From positions 1 through 32,000 of the forward strand of contig NZ_JBOFRG010000212.1 in NCBI RefSeq assembly GCF_051650885.1: a stretch of DNA of 32,000 nucleotides, in the 5' to 3' direction. A model generated the notes under the pieces. It ran no database searches. It was not told the origin of the DNA and saw only the letters and a list, made by a program, of their open reading frames with translations. Below are positions 18,493 to 28,657 of this stretch, in pieces. A program made the translations under genes and the position numbers. The stretch's first letter is position 1. Each line of letters opens with the position of its first letter. The DNA comes from Clostridium sp. (GTDB lineage Bacteria; Bacillota; Clostridia; Clostridiales; Clostridiaceae).

Positions 18493-19404
18493 ATGCCAGC
18501 TGCAGGTTTATTAGATATAAAAAGAAGAATTAAAAGTGTACAAAGTACTCAAAAAATAACAAAGGCTATGGCACTTGTATCTACTTCTAAACTTACTAAA
18601 GCAAGGATGAATCTTGATAGTAACAATCTTTATTTTCAAAGTTTAGATGATATGAAAAAGGAATTATTAAAGATTTTTGAAGAATTTAGTGAAAATGAAT
18701 TTGTTTGTGATAACGGACAGAAAAAGAAATTATATGTTATATTTGCTTCTAATTCAGGTCTTTGTGGTGGATTTAATGGAAGTGGAGCTTTGTATTTAAG
18801 TGATAAATATCCTAAGAATGAAAGGGAAGAGATAGAAACCTTAATCATTGGTGATAAAGGAGTATCTTACGCTAAAAAATATGGCTTTACAGTAAAAGAT
18901 AAAATTTCGACTATAAAAGATGGAATAGAGCTTAAAGATGCAAGACATATAGCATCAGATTTAATGAGAGCTTATGCAAGTGGTGAATATGGTGAAGTAA
19001 ACTTCATATATACAAAATATATATCACCAATACAACAAGATATTATGTGTGAAAGAATTCTTCCTTTTAATATAGAGAGTAAGGATGAGGAAAAAGAGAT
19101 AACTGATAATATTGAAAAAGAAGATTTATTTGATTTAGATGAAGATGAGGACGAAGATGAAGACGTTGCATCAGCTAAAATGATAGAAAGCTTTGTTTAC
19201 AGATATATGGAAGGAAAAATAATAAATACTGTATATCATTCACAAACAAGTGAGCAAAATGCTAGAATGCAAGCAATGGACGGAGCAACTAAGAATGCTG
19301 ATGATATCTTAGATGCATTAAATACTAAATATAATAGAATAAGACAAAGTGCTATAACACAAGAAATTTCAGAAATTGTTGGTGGAGCAGAAGCACAGAA
19401 ATAG
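18493..19404 (+). CDS. atpG: F0F1 ATP synthase subunit gamma (with acidic insertion)
   Basis: N-terminus LLDIKRRIKSVQSTQKITKAMALVS and C-terminus ARMQAMDGATKNA...NRIRQSAITQEISEIVGGAEA are canonical. SD AAAGGAGGTG upstream. Confidence 0.9.
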   Translation: MPAAGLLDIKRRIKSVQSTQKITKAMALVSTSKLTKARMNLDSNNLYFQSLDDMKKELLKIFEEFSENEFVCDNGQKKKLYVIFASNSGLCGGFNGSGALYLSDKYPKNEREEIETLIIGDKGVSYAKKYGFTVKDKISTIKDGIELKDARHIASDLMRAYASGEYGEVNFIYTKYISPIQQDIMCERILPFNIESKDEEKEITDNIEKEDLFDLDEDEDEDEDVASAKMIESFVYRYMEGKIINTVYHSQTSEQNARMQAMDGATKNADDILDALNTKYNRIRQSAITQEISEIVGGAEAQK

Positions 19405-20814
<1,410 letters not shown>

Positions 20815-20823
20815 GTGAGAGAT

Positions 20824-21237
20824 ATGAGTGGATTTAATCTATTAGTTATAACACCACATAAGCAAATATACAATGAAAGTGCTGAGATGATAAGTTTGAA
20901 AAATTCAAATGGTGAATTTTCAATTTTAGAAGAACATGAAAATTTAATTACACCAACACTTCCAGGAAGACTTACTATAACAAAAGCTGATAATAGTATT
21001 TTAGAATACTTCGCATCAGGAGGAATCTTAAATGTTAAAGATGGAACTGTAGTTGTATGTGCAGATACTGTAGAAACTAAAGAAGAAATCGATGTTAAGA
21101 GAGCAGAAATGTCTAAAGAGAAAGCAGAAAGTAAGTTGAAAGATGAAAAATATAGCAATGAAGGTATTGATGAGTTAAGAACTAAATTAGCTCTTAGCCG
21201 TGCAATGGAACGTATTGATTTTGCTAGTAAGAAGTAG
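20824..21237 (+). CDS. atpC: F0F1 ATP synthase subunit epsilon
   Basis: Last gene of the operon, with a beta-sandwich N-terminus and a helical C-terminus. The start is preferred at ATG 20824 (SD GGTGAGAG) over the track GTG at 20815. Confidence 0.85.
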   Translation: MSGFNLLVITPHKQIYNESAEMISLKNSNGEFSILEEHENLITPTLPGRLTITKADNSILEYFASGGILNVKDGTVVVCADTVETKEEIDVKRAEMSKEKAESKLKDEKYSNEGIDELRTKLALSRAMERIDFASKK

Positions 21238-21285
21238 TTGTGAATTAAATTAAGAATGAAAAGTTAAAAATTTAGAATTTAGGAG

Positions 21286-21310
21286 AAAACTGGCTTGGGC
21301 CAGTTTTTTT
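21286..21310 (+). terminator. atp operon terminator
   Basis: AAAACTGGC/GCCAGTTTT stem with loop TTGG, followed by TTTTTTT. Confidence 0.8.
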
Positions 21311-21433
21311 CATTTTGAATATAGAAGAGTATTAGTTAGAAATGAAATTGAATAAATTTTTAATTAGAAAATATTATATGGCATAGATAAATTTAGAATT
21401 TTAAGGAATAGTGTATCGAATCTTTAACACTTA

Positions 21434-21455
21434 TGTTATATTATATATATAACAA
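21434..21455. promoter_or_regulatory. Candidate GntR(YtrA) operator: TGTTATAT-N5-ATATAACA
   Basis: 8-bp inverted arms with a 5-bp spacer, ending 19 nt upstream of the GntR start codon. A near-identical site lies at 28909-28930. Confidence 0.5.
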
Positions 21456-21473
21456 TAATTGAGGAGGAATTTA

Positions 21474-21848
21474 ATGTTTATAGATGTTGAGTTTGATAGT
21501 GATGTTTCGATTTATTTGCAGATAAGAAATGAAATAGTTAAATCTATAGCAACAGGTGTTTTAAATGATGGAGATAGTTTACCTTCAGTTAGAGAAATGT
21601 CGTCCATGATTGAAGTTAATTTGCATACTATTAATAAGGCGTATAATTTATTGAAGGCTGAAGGCTTTGTTAAGATTGATAGAAGAACAGGGGCGATAAT
21701 AGAGGTAAGAGAAAGAGTAGAGTATAGAGAACAGTTCGAGGAGAAGTTAGAGCTTATACTTTCAGAAGCATTTTTAATGGGAATCTCTAAAGATGAGATT
21801 GTGGAAAAGGTTTTAGATAATTTTAAAAACTTTAAAAGGGAGAGATAG
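21474..21848 (+). CDS. GntR-family transcriptional regulator, YtrA subfamily (short C-terminal domain)
   Basis: Winged HTH LPSVREMSSMIEVNLHTINKAYNLLKAEGFV, about 124 aa in total. The start is set at ATG 21474 behind GAGGAGG. The track start at 21459 lies within the SD. Confidence 0.85.
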   Translation: MFIDVEFDSDVSIYLQIRNEIVKSIATGVLNDGDSLPSVREMSSMIEVNLHTINKAYNLLKAEGFVKIDRRTGAIIEVRERVEYREQFEEKLELILSEAFLMGISKDEIVEKVLDNFKNFKRER

Positions 21849-21850
21849 AA

Positions 21851-22936
21851 ATGGATGGTGAGATTTTTATAATTTTCTTAGTGATGGTAGTTTTAATAGC
21901 TATGAATAATTATTTACCTATAAAGGGAAGAAAGGGAATTTTGTTTGGATGTATTGTTGAAGAGGAACAAAAGCTAGAAGAGCCTTTTAAGGGAATAATT
22001 ATAAAATATAAAAAAATAAATTTAATTACAGGAATTATATTTCTTTTAATTGTTGCATTAGGTGGGATTTTAAAAAGTGAATGGTTACTTCCAATTGGAA
22101 TACTTCTTTATATTGGTGTTAACTTTGTTATAAGTGCAAAAATGCATAAATTTGTTTTAGCCTCTAAAAAAACTAATGTAGTTTATAAAAAGCCAAAGAC
22201 TGTTGCAGTTTTAGAAAAAGTTAAAATTAGCACAAAAAGAACTATATATTATATAGGAATAGCTTTTATATTTATTTTTATAAATGGATATGAAATAATA
22301 ACTAGATATAAAGACTTGCCTGACAAAATACCAACACACTTTACTCTTAGTGGTGTAGCAGATGGGTGGACAGATAAAGCTTCAGGTGGAGTATATATAA
22401 TGATAGGTACAATTGTACTACTTATTTTAATTTATATAGGGTCAGATATTTTAACTTATAAAAGCACAATGAAAATTGATCCTAAAAACAAAGAAGGCTC
22501 ATACAAAGCAAATCTAAAAACTAAAAAGCTTTTAAGTATAATGCTTGCACTTACTATGTTACCAGTTTTAGTAGTATTTACAGTAACTAACTTTGTAACT
22601 CTTGGGATGATAGATGGAAGTATATTAAAATATATTATGGTTGTTCAATTGTTAACAATAGTTGGAGTAATTGGATTCTGCATAGTTATAGTAAAAGAAA
22701 AAAATAATTATGAGGTAAAAGATAAAAATGTAACTTTTAAAGATGACGATAAATACTGGAAATTTGGAATGATTTATTATAATAAAGATAATCCAAAAGT
22801 ATTTGTAGAAAAAAGAAGTGGGTTAGGATTTACAGTAAATGCAGGAAGGTTTTGGGGAATGATATTTTATATTGTAATTTTAGTTTTGTTGCTAAGCACG
22901 GTGTTACTTCCATTAATGGGGGGAATTAAGAATTAA
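21851..22936 (+). CDS. DUF1648-domain membrane protein (SdpI-like architecture)
   Basis: 361 aa with multiple TM segments. IPTHFTLSGVADGWTDK matches the DUF1648 signature. It starts 2 nt after the GntR stop. Confidence 0.7.
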   Translation: MDGEIFIIFLVMVVLIAMNNYLPIKGRKGILFGCIVEEEQKLEEPFKGIIIKYKKINLITGIIFLLIVALGGILKSEWLLPIGILLYIGVNFVISAKMHKFVLASKKTNVVYKKPKTVAVLEKVKISTKRTIYYIGIAFIFIFINGYEIITRYKDLPDKIPTHFTLSGVADGWTDKASGGVYIMIGTIVLLILIYIGSDILTYKSTMKIDPKNKEGSYKANLKTKKLLSIMLALTMLPVLVVFTVTNFVTLGMIDGSILKYIMVVQLLTIVGVIGFCIVIVKEKNNYEVKDKNVTFKDDDKYWKFGMIYYNKDNPKVFVEKRSGLGFTVNAGRFWGMIFYIVILVLLLSTVLLPLMGGIKN

Positions 22937-23087
22937 TAATTTAAAATTTAGAATTAGGGGGAATTGCAAGCAATTCTGATTGAGGGGACTCAAAATTTAT
23001 CTGGCGATAAATTTTATCGTAGGGAGAGATTTTGCGTAAAAGTGAATAGGGAAGAAGTAAGAGTTAATGAAAATTAGGGATATACAA

Positions 23088-23120
23088 AGAGGACTTGCTT
23101 GCAAGTCCTCTTTTATATTT
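23088..23120 (+). terminator. Strong intrinsic terminator about 150 nt downstream of the DUF1648 gene
   Basis: AGAGGACTTGC (23088-23098)/GCAAGTCCTCT (23101-23111), a perfect 11-bp stem, followed by TTTTATATTTT. Confidence 0.75.
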
Positions 23121-23167
23121 TAAATTCGCCTTAGCGAATTTTTTCCTTCATTCTTCATTTTTAATTA

Positions 23168-23752
23168 TCAATTTTTAATTTTAAAAACGATTTGTATTAA
23201 GTCTACATTAAAGTATTTTAATGCTATTAAGTAAACATTGTATAATAATGCAAGGGCTATTAGGAATTTTAGTAGTTTGTGAAAGGCTACTTCACCTTTA
23301 GATCCTGTACGGATATTAAATACTTTGAAGTTGAATTTGAAGGGGAAGAAAAGTTCTATTCCTTCTCGTGTAAAAAGATCTAGTACAAGATGTGATATGT
23401 ATCCTAGAAGGAATCCACCACAGATTGCTATTACTACTATATTTTCATGGCTTATATATATCAGGGTAAGTGAAATTATGTAAAGTATAAATGTAAAGAA
23501 AAAACTATGTGTAATTCCTCTATGCTTGGCCTTTTTAAAAAGTGCTGCAAGAAGAGGGTAACGTTTGGCAATGTATGAACCTTTCATATCTATATCTGGA
23601 AAAACTGACCCCATATTTGAAAAATGAAAGAATAGTGCTATTAGTAAGATTTGATATAGGGGTTCATGTCCTTTTATATAATCACTTACAAAAAGATTTA
23701 ATGCTAAAAGAGCAAATAAAAATCCTCCTGATGAATGTGTATTTTTTGTCAT
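23168..23752 (-). CDS. Membrane-bound metal-dependent hydrolase, YdjM/DUF457 family
   Basis: 194 aa hydrophobic protein with an N-terminal HSSGG, HRGITHS, and conserved His/Asp residues within TM segments (SHLVLD). Confidence 0.65.
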   Translation of the reverse strand: MTKNTHSSGGFLFALLALNLFVSDYIKGHEPLYQILLIALFFHFSNMGSVFPDIDMKGSYIAKRYPLLAALFKKAKHRGITHSFFFTFILYIISLTLIYISHENIVVIAICGGFLLGYISHLVLDLFTREGIELFFPFKFNFKVFNIRTGSKGEVAFHKLLKFLIALALLYNVYLIALKYFNVDLIQIVFKIKN

Positions 23753-23830
23753 TTGTTCTCCTTATGTTCGTGTACTTTTTCTACATTATATAACAAATTT
23801 CGAGTAAAAGGATAAAAAAATAAAAATTTT

Positions 23831-23870
23831 AACAAAATAAAAGAGAAGGCTATAGGAAACTGCCTTCTCT
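23831..23870 (-). terminator. Orphan minus-strand terminator upstream of the ydjM-like gene
   Basis: AGAGAAGGC (23842-23850)/GCCTTCTCT (23862-23870). On the minus strand it is followed by TTTTATTTTGTT. Confidence 0.5.
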
Positions 23871-24360
23871 TAGGGGTTGTGTAAGTAGAATGTATATTAT
23901 AATGTAAAGGAAATTAAGAATGTTTCATTAATATCCTAAAGTATTCATATGAAATAATTCATATGGTATTTCGAATTATGTTATGTTTATTGCTGCGATT
24001 GATTCAAAATATAGTGGTTCTACTAGTATTTTAATTAGTGGTTTGTTAGTTAGTAAATTTATACTTTAGAAATATTAATAATAGGTTACTTACACAAAAG
24101 GAAATAAATCATTTCCTTATGTAAAATATTCTATAAAAACCAAAAAAACCCTTTTAAAAAATATGAAAAATAAATAAATTCTAAAAATTTAAAAAAAGAT
24201 GCTATTATTTAACAAAGAAGAAGTAAAAATGCAGATTAAATAGTAATTTAATAATAAATAAAGTTTGAAAAAAGTAATAGAAAATTGAAAAATAGAAAAT
24301 ACTAATATTATAGATAGTTTTATAGCTGAAACTATTAAAAATAAATAGGAGGTATTTTTT

Positions 24361-25035
24361 ATGAAAAAATTACTAGGACTTGTAATAGCAATTGGAATTT
24401 TATCAATAGCACTTGTAGGATGTGGAGAAGATAAAACAAAAACACCAACTCCAACACCACCAAGTACATCAGAAAAGCAAGGAACAGTTGATGATGGAAC
24501 AACTAAAAGTACATTAACAGGTGTGTTTAACAAGACATATACTATTGGGAAGGACGGTACAGATGTTTATGGAACACTTACTATCTCAAATCCTACATTA
24601 GTACATAAAACTGATAGTTCAGGAAAAGCATATATTGAAGTGAATATTCCATTAAAACTTACTAATAAAGCAAAGGTAGCCGTAGAGCCAATGACTTTAT
24701 TAAATGATTTAACTATCGATAATAATTACAATATCTATCAAGACCAATTAAAATTAAAATCATTACAAACTGACGCAATTGTAAAAGGAAATACAGATAA
24801 AGATGACCAATATTATTATCTTGGAGTATTTAATAAAGGTTTAAAAATGGTTAATGGAAAACCAATGCTTGAGCCAGGTCAAAGCGTAGATAGTTACTTT
24901 AGATATATAGTAACTACTGATGATATCGAAACTGATAAATTAAAAACTAAATTTGATGATTTATCATTAAATGATTTTGAATTTATTATAAATGCTAAAA
25001 ATGGAAATGGATATACTGTAATTTCAATGAATTAA
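24361..25035 (+). CDS. Lipoprotein of unknown function
   Basis: Signal peptide MKKLLGLVIAIGILSIALVGC with lipobox LVGC, then a Thr/Pro-rich linker. SD TAGGAGG upstream. Confidence 0.8.
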   Translation: MKKLLGLVIAIGILSIALVGCGEDKTKTPTPTPPSTSEKQGTVDDGTTKSTLTGVFNKTYTIGKDGTDVYGTLTISNPTLVHKTDSSGKAYIEVNIPLKLTNKAKVAVEPMTLLNDLTIDNNYNIYQDQLKLKSLQTDAIVKGNTDKDDQYYYLGVFNKGLKMVNGKPMLEPGQSVDSYFRYIVTTDDIETDKLKTKFDDLSLNDFEFIINAKNGNGYTVISMN

Positions 25036-25050
25036 ATTATATTTAACAAA

Positions 25051-25093
25051 AAACTCTCTTTAAGGATTTAAATAACTTAAAGGGAGTTTTTCT
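25051..25093 (+). terminator. Intrinsic terminator after the lipoprotein gene
   Basis: AAACTCTCTTTAAG (25051-25064)/CTTAAAGGGAGTTT (25076-25089) with one G-U pair, followed by a T-run. Confidence 0.7.
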
Positions 25094-25149
25094 TTGGTAA
25101 TATTAGAATAAATAAAGAATAGGATAAGTATATATAAATTTTTGGAAAG

Positions 25150-25737
25150 GTGATTTTTTTGAAAACTATAAAAGTAAGAGGGACAGGAAAAGTTTTAGGA
25201 AAGGCTAGTAGTGCAATTATATTTTTTAAAATAGCGAAGACTAGTAATATATATAATGAGGCTATAAATAGTCTAAATGAAGGGATTTACGAAATTATAG
25301 AAAAACTAAAAGGGTTAGGAATAAAAAAAGATGAGCTTAATACAGTAGATTTTTTTGTAGATGGAATAGATGGAGGATTTTATTCAAGTCATAAGGTTTC
25401 TGTAAAAGTAAAAAATGAAGGCAGAAATATAAATAATGTTCTAGAAGTATTGGTGAAAAGTGGACATAATCCAGAAGTGAATGTTTATTTTAAGTCAGAT
25501 GAGGAAGAGAGTTTAAGAGAAGAAGCTTTAATTAGAGCAATTTTAGATGGAAAAAAGAAGGGCGAAATTATTATAAAATCTTTAGGCGGAAAAAAGGTTA
25601 ATATTTTAGAGGTTACATATGATGGAGAAGAAATTTCAAGAGAGATGAGTATAAAAAACAAAAATGGATATAATTACAATAAAATCTTTGAGGAAATAGA
25701 GTTTATTGAGAAGATAAATATAGTTTTTGAGATATAA
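25150..25737 (+). CDS. SIMPL/DUF541-like protein (no signal peptide)
   Basis: The N-terminal pattern IKVRGTGKV...A.I.F.I....N..EA...LNEGIYEIIEKLKGLGIKKDEL.T resembles SIMPL-domain proteins. The start is uncertain: GTG 25150, or TTG 25159 behind GGAAAGGTG. Confidence 0.45.
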   Translation: MIFLKTIKVRGTGKVLGKASSAIIFFKIAKTSNIYNEAINSLNEGIYEIIEKLKGLGIKKDELNTVDFFVDGIDGGFYSSHKVSVKVKNEGRNINNVLEVLVKSGHNPEVNVYFKSDEEESLREEALIRAILDGKKKGEIIIKSLGGKKVNILEVTYDGEEISREMSIKNKNGYNYNKIFEEIEFIEKINIVFEI

Positions 25738-25912
25738 ATATTAAATTATTATTAATATGATAAGATGTAATTTATTTATTATGATTTATTCATTAAAAAA
25801 TAGTATTATAGACTAGAAATGTATTTTAAGAAAGTTATATAAAAATTTTTTAAAAGATATTTCAAAAATAAGGAGGAAAAGCAAAATTAGTTATTTTGCC
25901 TTATAGATAGAT

Positions 25913-27022
25913 ATGTTTTGTAATGAATGTGGAAAAGATATGGGAAATACAAAAGAAAAAATTTGTAGAGATTGTAAGAAAAAAGCTCTAGAAGAAAAAA
26001 CAATGTTTATGAGTAAAGAAAAGATAGAAGAAGCTTTAGAAGAAATAAAAACAGATGAAGAAGTAGATAATAGTAAAATACTAGAGAGTGAGGCTCTTTC
26101 AGAGGAAGAAGAAAAAGAAGAGTTTTTAGAGGTAAAAAAAAGAACTGAGAAAAGTAAAGAAAAAATAGAAAAACTTAAAAAGAACATAGAAGAAAAAACT
26201 GATAAAGGTATAAAGAAGATAGATATTTTTCATATATTTGATGATGAAGAAAATGAAGACGAATATGATGAGGATTATGGAGACATACCAATCCAAGCTA
26301 CACAAAAAATAAATAGTAAAGATTTGACTAATGATAATGAAACTTTGAATTCTAAAAAAAATAGAGGGAAAAAAGTTCAGAAGAAAAAAAGTAAAAAGAA
26401 AGCAGATAAAAAGAAATATATTAAAATTATTATAGGAATTATAGTTGTTTGCCTTGTAGGGGTTGTAGGAATTACAGGATATAATGCTTTAAGAAGTAAT
26501 ATTATAAGTAGTGATAATATTAAACAGCCATTAAATAATGGAAATGGAATAGAGCAAAATAAAGATTATAATAAGAATAATGCTATAGATAAAAATAATA
26601 ACAAAGAAGAAAATATAAATAAAGATAATGGAATAAAAGTAGATAAAGAAACTAATGAGCATTTTAATACTGATAATGCACAAAAACCTAATGAGAATAC
26701 TGGAAATAAAGATGAGCAAAGTGGAAATACTGAAGGAAATAAACCTAATGTAACAGTGCCAGATAAAAATCAAAGTGGTGATACAGGAAATAATAGTGGA
26801 AGCACTACTACCACACCTACAAAGCCAGAAGGCAATGGTGATACAACTCAACCAGATCAGCAGAAGCCTATAGTTCCAGAAACACCTGAAACTAATAATA
26901 AGCCAAGTGGAGGAAATACAAGCGGTACACAGAATACAACAAATCCTGATAGTACACAAAATACAACAACAAATAGTAATACAAGTAATACTAAGGCAGT
27001 TATTGCAAAGAGCAGTAATTAA
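25913..27022 (+). CDS. Zinc-ribbon membrane protein with a disordered extracellular tail
   Basis: N-terminal CNEC...CRDC zinc ribbon, an E/K-rich cytoplasmic linker, one TM segment (IIIGIIVVCLVGVVGITGY), then about 170 aa of N/T/P/Q/G-rich low complexity. Confidence 0.7.
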   Translation: MFCNECGKDMGNTKEKICRDCKKKALEEKTMFMSKEKIEEALEEIKTDEEVDNSKILESEALSEEEEKEEFLEVKKRTEKSKEKIEKLKKNIEEKTDKGIKKIDIFHIFDDEENEDEYDEDYGDIPIQATQKINSKDLTNDNETLNSKKNRGKKVQKKKSKKKADKKKYIKIIIGIIVVCLVGVVGITGYNALRSNIISSDNIKQPLNNGNGIEQNKDYNKNNAIDKNNNKEENINKDNGIKVDKETNEHFNTDNAQKPNENTGNKDEQSGNTEGNKPNVTVPDKNQSGDTGNNSGSTTTTPTKPEGNGDTTQPDQQKPIVPETPETNNKPSGGNTSGTQNTTNPDSTQNTTTNSNTSNTKAVIAKSSN

Positions 27023-27047
27023 TACCTTTGAAAGTAGAGGATTTTTT

Positions 27048-27656
27048 ATGGATATACAAGAAATGATAAAAACATTTATTATAAATTATGGGATGATAAG
27101 CGTATTTGTTTTAGTTCTTCTAGAATATGCTAGTGTACCACTTCCAAGTGAGGTTGTGCTTCCATTTATAGGAATAGTTGGAGCTTTACATGGAATTAGC
27201 TTTTTTGAAATACTTATTATTTCACTTATAGCAGGATTATTAGGTTCAATAATAACTTATGCAATAGGATATATTTTTGGAGAAAGATGTTTAGAATTTA
27301 TAACTAGAAAGTTTCCAAGAACAAAAAAGGCTATAGATGCAAGTTATAAATGGATAGAAAAGTATGATAAAAGTGCAACATTTTTATCAAGATTAGTTCC
27401 AGTAGCTAGAACATTTATTTCAATTATAGCTGGAGTTGTAAAAATGAAGCCTACTCCTTTTATAATATTTTCAACAATTGGAATAGCTATATGGAATGCA
27501 CTTTTAATAGGACTTGGATTTTTCCTTGGAAATAATACAGCATTAATAGATACGATTTTACACCAATATTCTTTAGTTGCAGGTGCAATCGTAGTATTAG
27601 TTATAGCATTCTTAGGATATAAAAATAGAAAAAAATTAAAAGAATTATTTAAATAA
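27048..27656 (+). CDS. DedA-family membrane protein
   Basis: The DedA hallmark LEYASVPLPSEVVLPFIG, plus SRLVPVARTFISIIAG. The start is set at ATG 27048 behind GTAGAGGA. The track extension back to 26907 overlaps the previous gene. Confidence 0.85.
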   Translation: MDIQEMIKTFIINYGMISVFVLVLLEYASVPLPSEVVLPFIGIVGALHGISFFEILIISLIAGLLGSIITYAIGYIFGERCLEFITRKFPRTKKAIDASYKWIEKYDKSATFLSRLVPVARTFISIIAGVVKMKPTPFIIFSTIGIAIWNALLIGLGFFLGNNTALIDTILHQYSLVAGAIVVLVIAFLGYKNRKKLKELFK

Positions 27657-27657
27657 G

Positions 27658-27686
27658 AAGAGATGCAGATTCTGCATCTCTTTTTA
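27658..27686 (+). terminator. Intrinsic terminator after dedA
   Basis: AAGAGATGCAGA/TCTGCATCTCTT hairpin followed by TTT. Confidence 0.75.
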
Positions 27687-27813
27687 AAATGGAAAAATTA
27701 AGCAAATATGATTCTTAAATAAAAATTAAGTTACAATATTGTAATATAAAAGAAAAAATATATTTGCATATAAGTGATATAGTCATTATAGAAAGTTATA
27801 AAGGAGAACATAA

Positions 27814-28620
27814 ATGGCAAGCATAAGAAAAAGAAATTTGCTAGGAATAGTATTGCTCTTAGCGTTTATAATGATAAGAATTCTTTTATACTATTTACAA
27901 AGTCAAAAAGGATTAATTCTTATAAATCCATATATATATTGTATAGTTGATATATTAATTATAATAAGTACATTAACATTTGTTTATGAAGATAAAAAAA
28001 TAAGAAAGATAATTTATATAATTGTTTCTATATTGGTATTATTTAACATTGGATTAATGTGTGACAAAATGGAAAATGCGAAGAGTGTTTTTTTTAACTC
28101 AAAAGAGATAAAAGTACCTGTAGTTATACAAATAGAAAATGAAGAAAATAGTTCTGAGATTTACGTGTATGAAATTAAGTATGGAATATTTTCAGAAGTT
28201 AGAGATATTATTTATAGCAATGAAAAAATTCCACTTAATACTGAAATGGACATAAAGTGGATAAATGATAATCTTCTATCAATTACATATAAAAGCAATA
28301 ATACTATAACAGAGAAAATTGCATACTTTGGACCTAGTGAAAAGAAATATATAAATTTAATAAATAATATTAAAGGAACCTGGCAAGCTCTAAATGGAGA
28401 TAAATTAACAGTAAGCAATGAGGATATAGAATATGTACAAAATGGGAAAAGATATATGTACCCTCTTGATTCATCAGATGAACAAAATAATTTTTCAACA
28501 GTTATATATGGAAATTATTCAAAACCGTCAATTACTATAATAAAAGAAAATGATGAAAATATTCTTGTTGGAGAAGTGAAGTTTGGAGAAGAAAAAGAAA
28601 TTTTAATGAGTAAAAAATAA
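27814..28620 (+). CDS. Hypothetical membrane protein (3 N-terminal TM segments plus a soluble domain)
   Basis: 268-aa ORF with SD AAAGGAGAA 7 nt upstream of the ATG and a candidate promoter (TTGCAT 27764-27769, 17-nt spacer, TATAGA). I recognise no family motif. Confidence 0.6.
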   Translation: MASIRKRNLLGIVLLLAFIMIRILLYYLQSQKGLILINPYIYCIVDILIIISTLTFVYEDKKIRKIIYIIVSILVLFNIGLMCDKMENAKSVFFNSKEIKVPVVIQIENEENSSEIYVYEIKYGIFSEVRDIIYSNEKIPLNTEMDIKWINDNLLSITYKSNNTITEKIAYFGPSEKKYINLINNIKGTWQALNGDKLTVSNEDIEYVQNGKRYMYPLDSSDEQNNFSTVIYGNYSKPSITIIKENDENILVGEVKFGEEKEILMSKK

Positions 28621-28622
28621 TG

Positions 28623-28655
28623 AAACCTTGTACGCAAAGCTGTGTACAAGGTTTT
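28623..28655. terminator. Bidirectional terminator
   Basis: AAACCTTGTAC (28623-28633)/GTACAAGGTTT (28644-28654), a perfect 11-bp stem. It is shared by the convergent 27814-28620 gene and the 29-aa ORF. Confidence 0.8.
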
Positions 28656-28657
28656 GT

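Noticed and set aside
23963-24034. 23-aa hydrophobic ORF MVFRIMLCLLLRLIQNIVVLLVF as a type I toxin candidate
   Set aside because: It has no SD, recognisable promoter or terminator. Hydrophobic peptides arise easily from T-rich sequence.
24189-24533. 114-aa minus-strand ORF
   Set aside because: It overlaps the SD, start and signal peptide of the well-supported lipoprotein gene on the opposite strand. The rest runs through AT-rich spacer.
25891-26959. Minus-strand ORFs 25891-26187 and 26531-26959
   Set aside because: They are antisense to the low-complexity (GAA/AAA-rich and AAT-rich) parts of the zinc-ribbon gene. Their composition is the mirror image of that gene's repeats.
26907-27047. 47-codon N-terminal extension of the DedA ORF
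   Set aside because: It overlaps the 3' end of the zinc-ribbon gene in another frame. A proper SD and ATG occur at 27048, where the DedA-family sequence begins.
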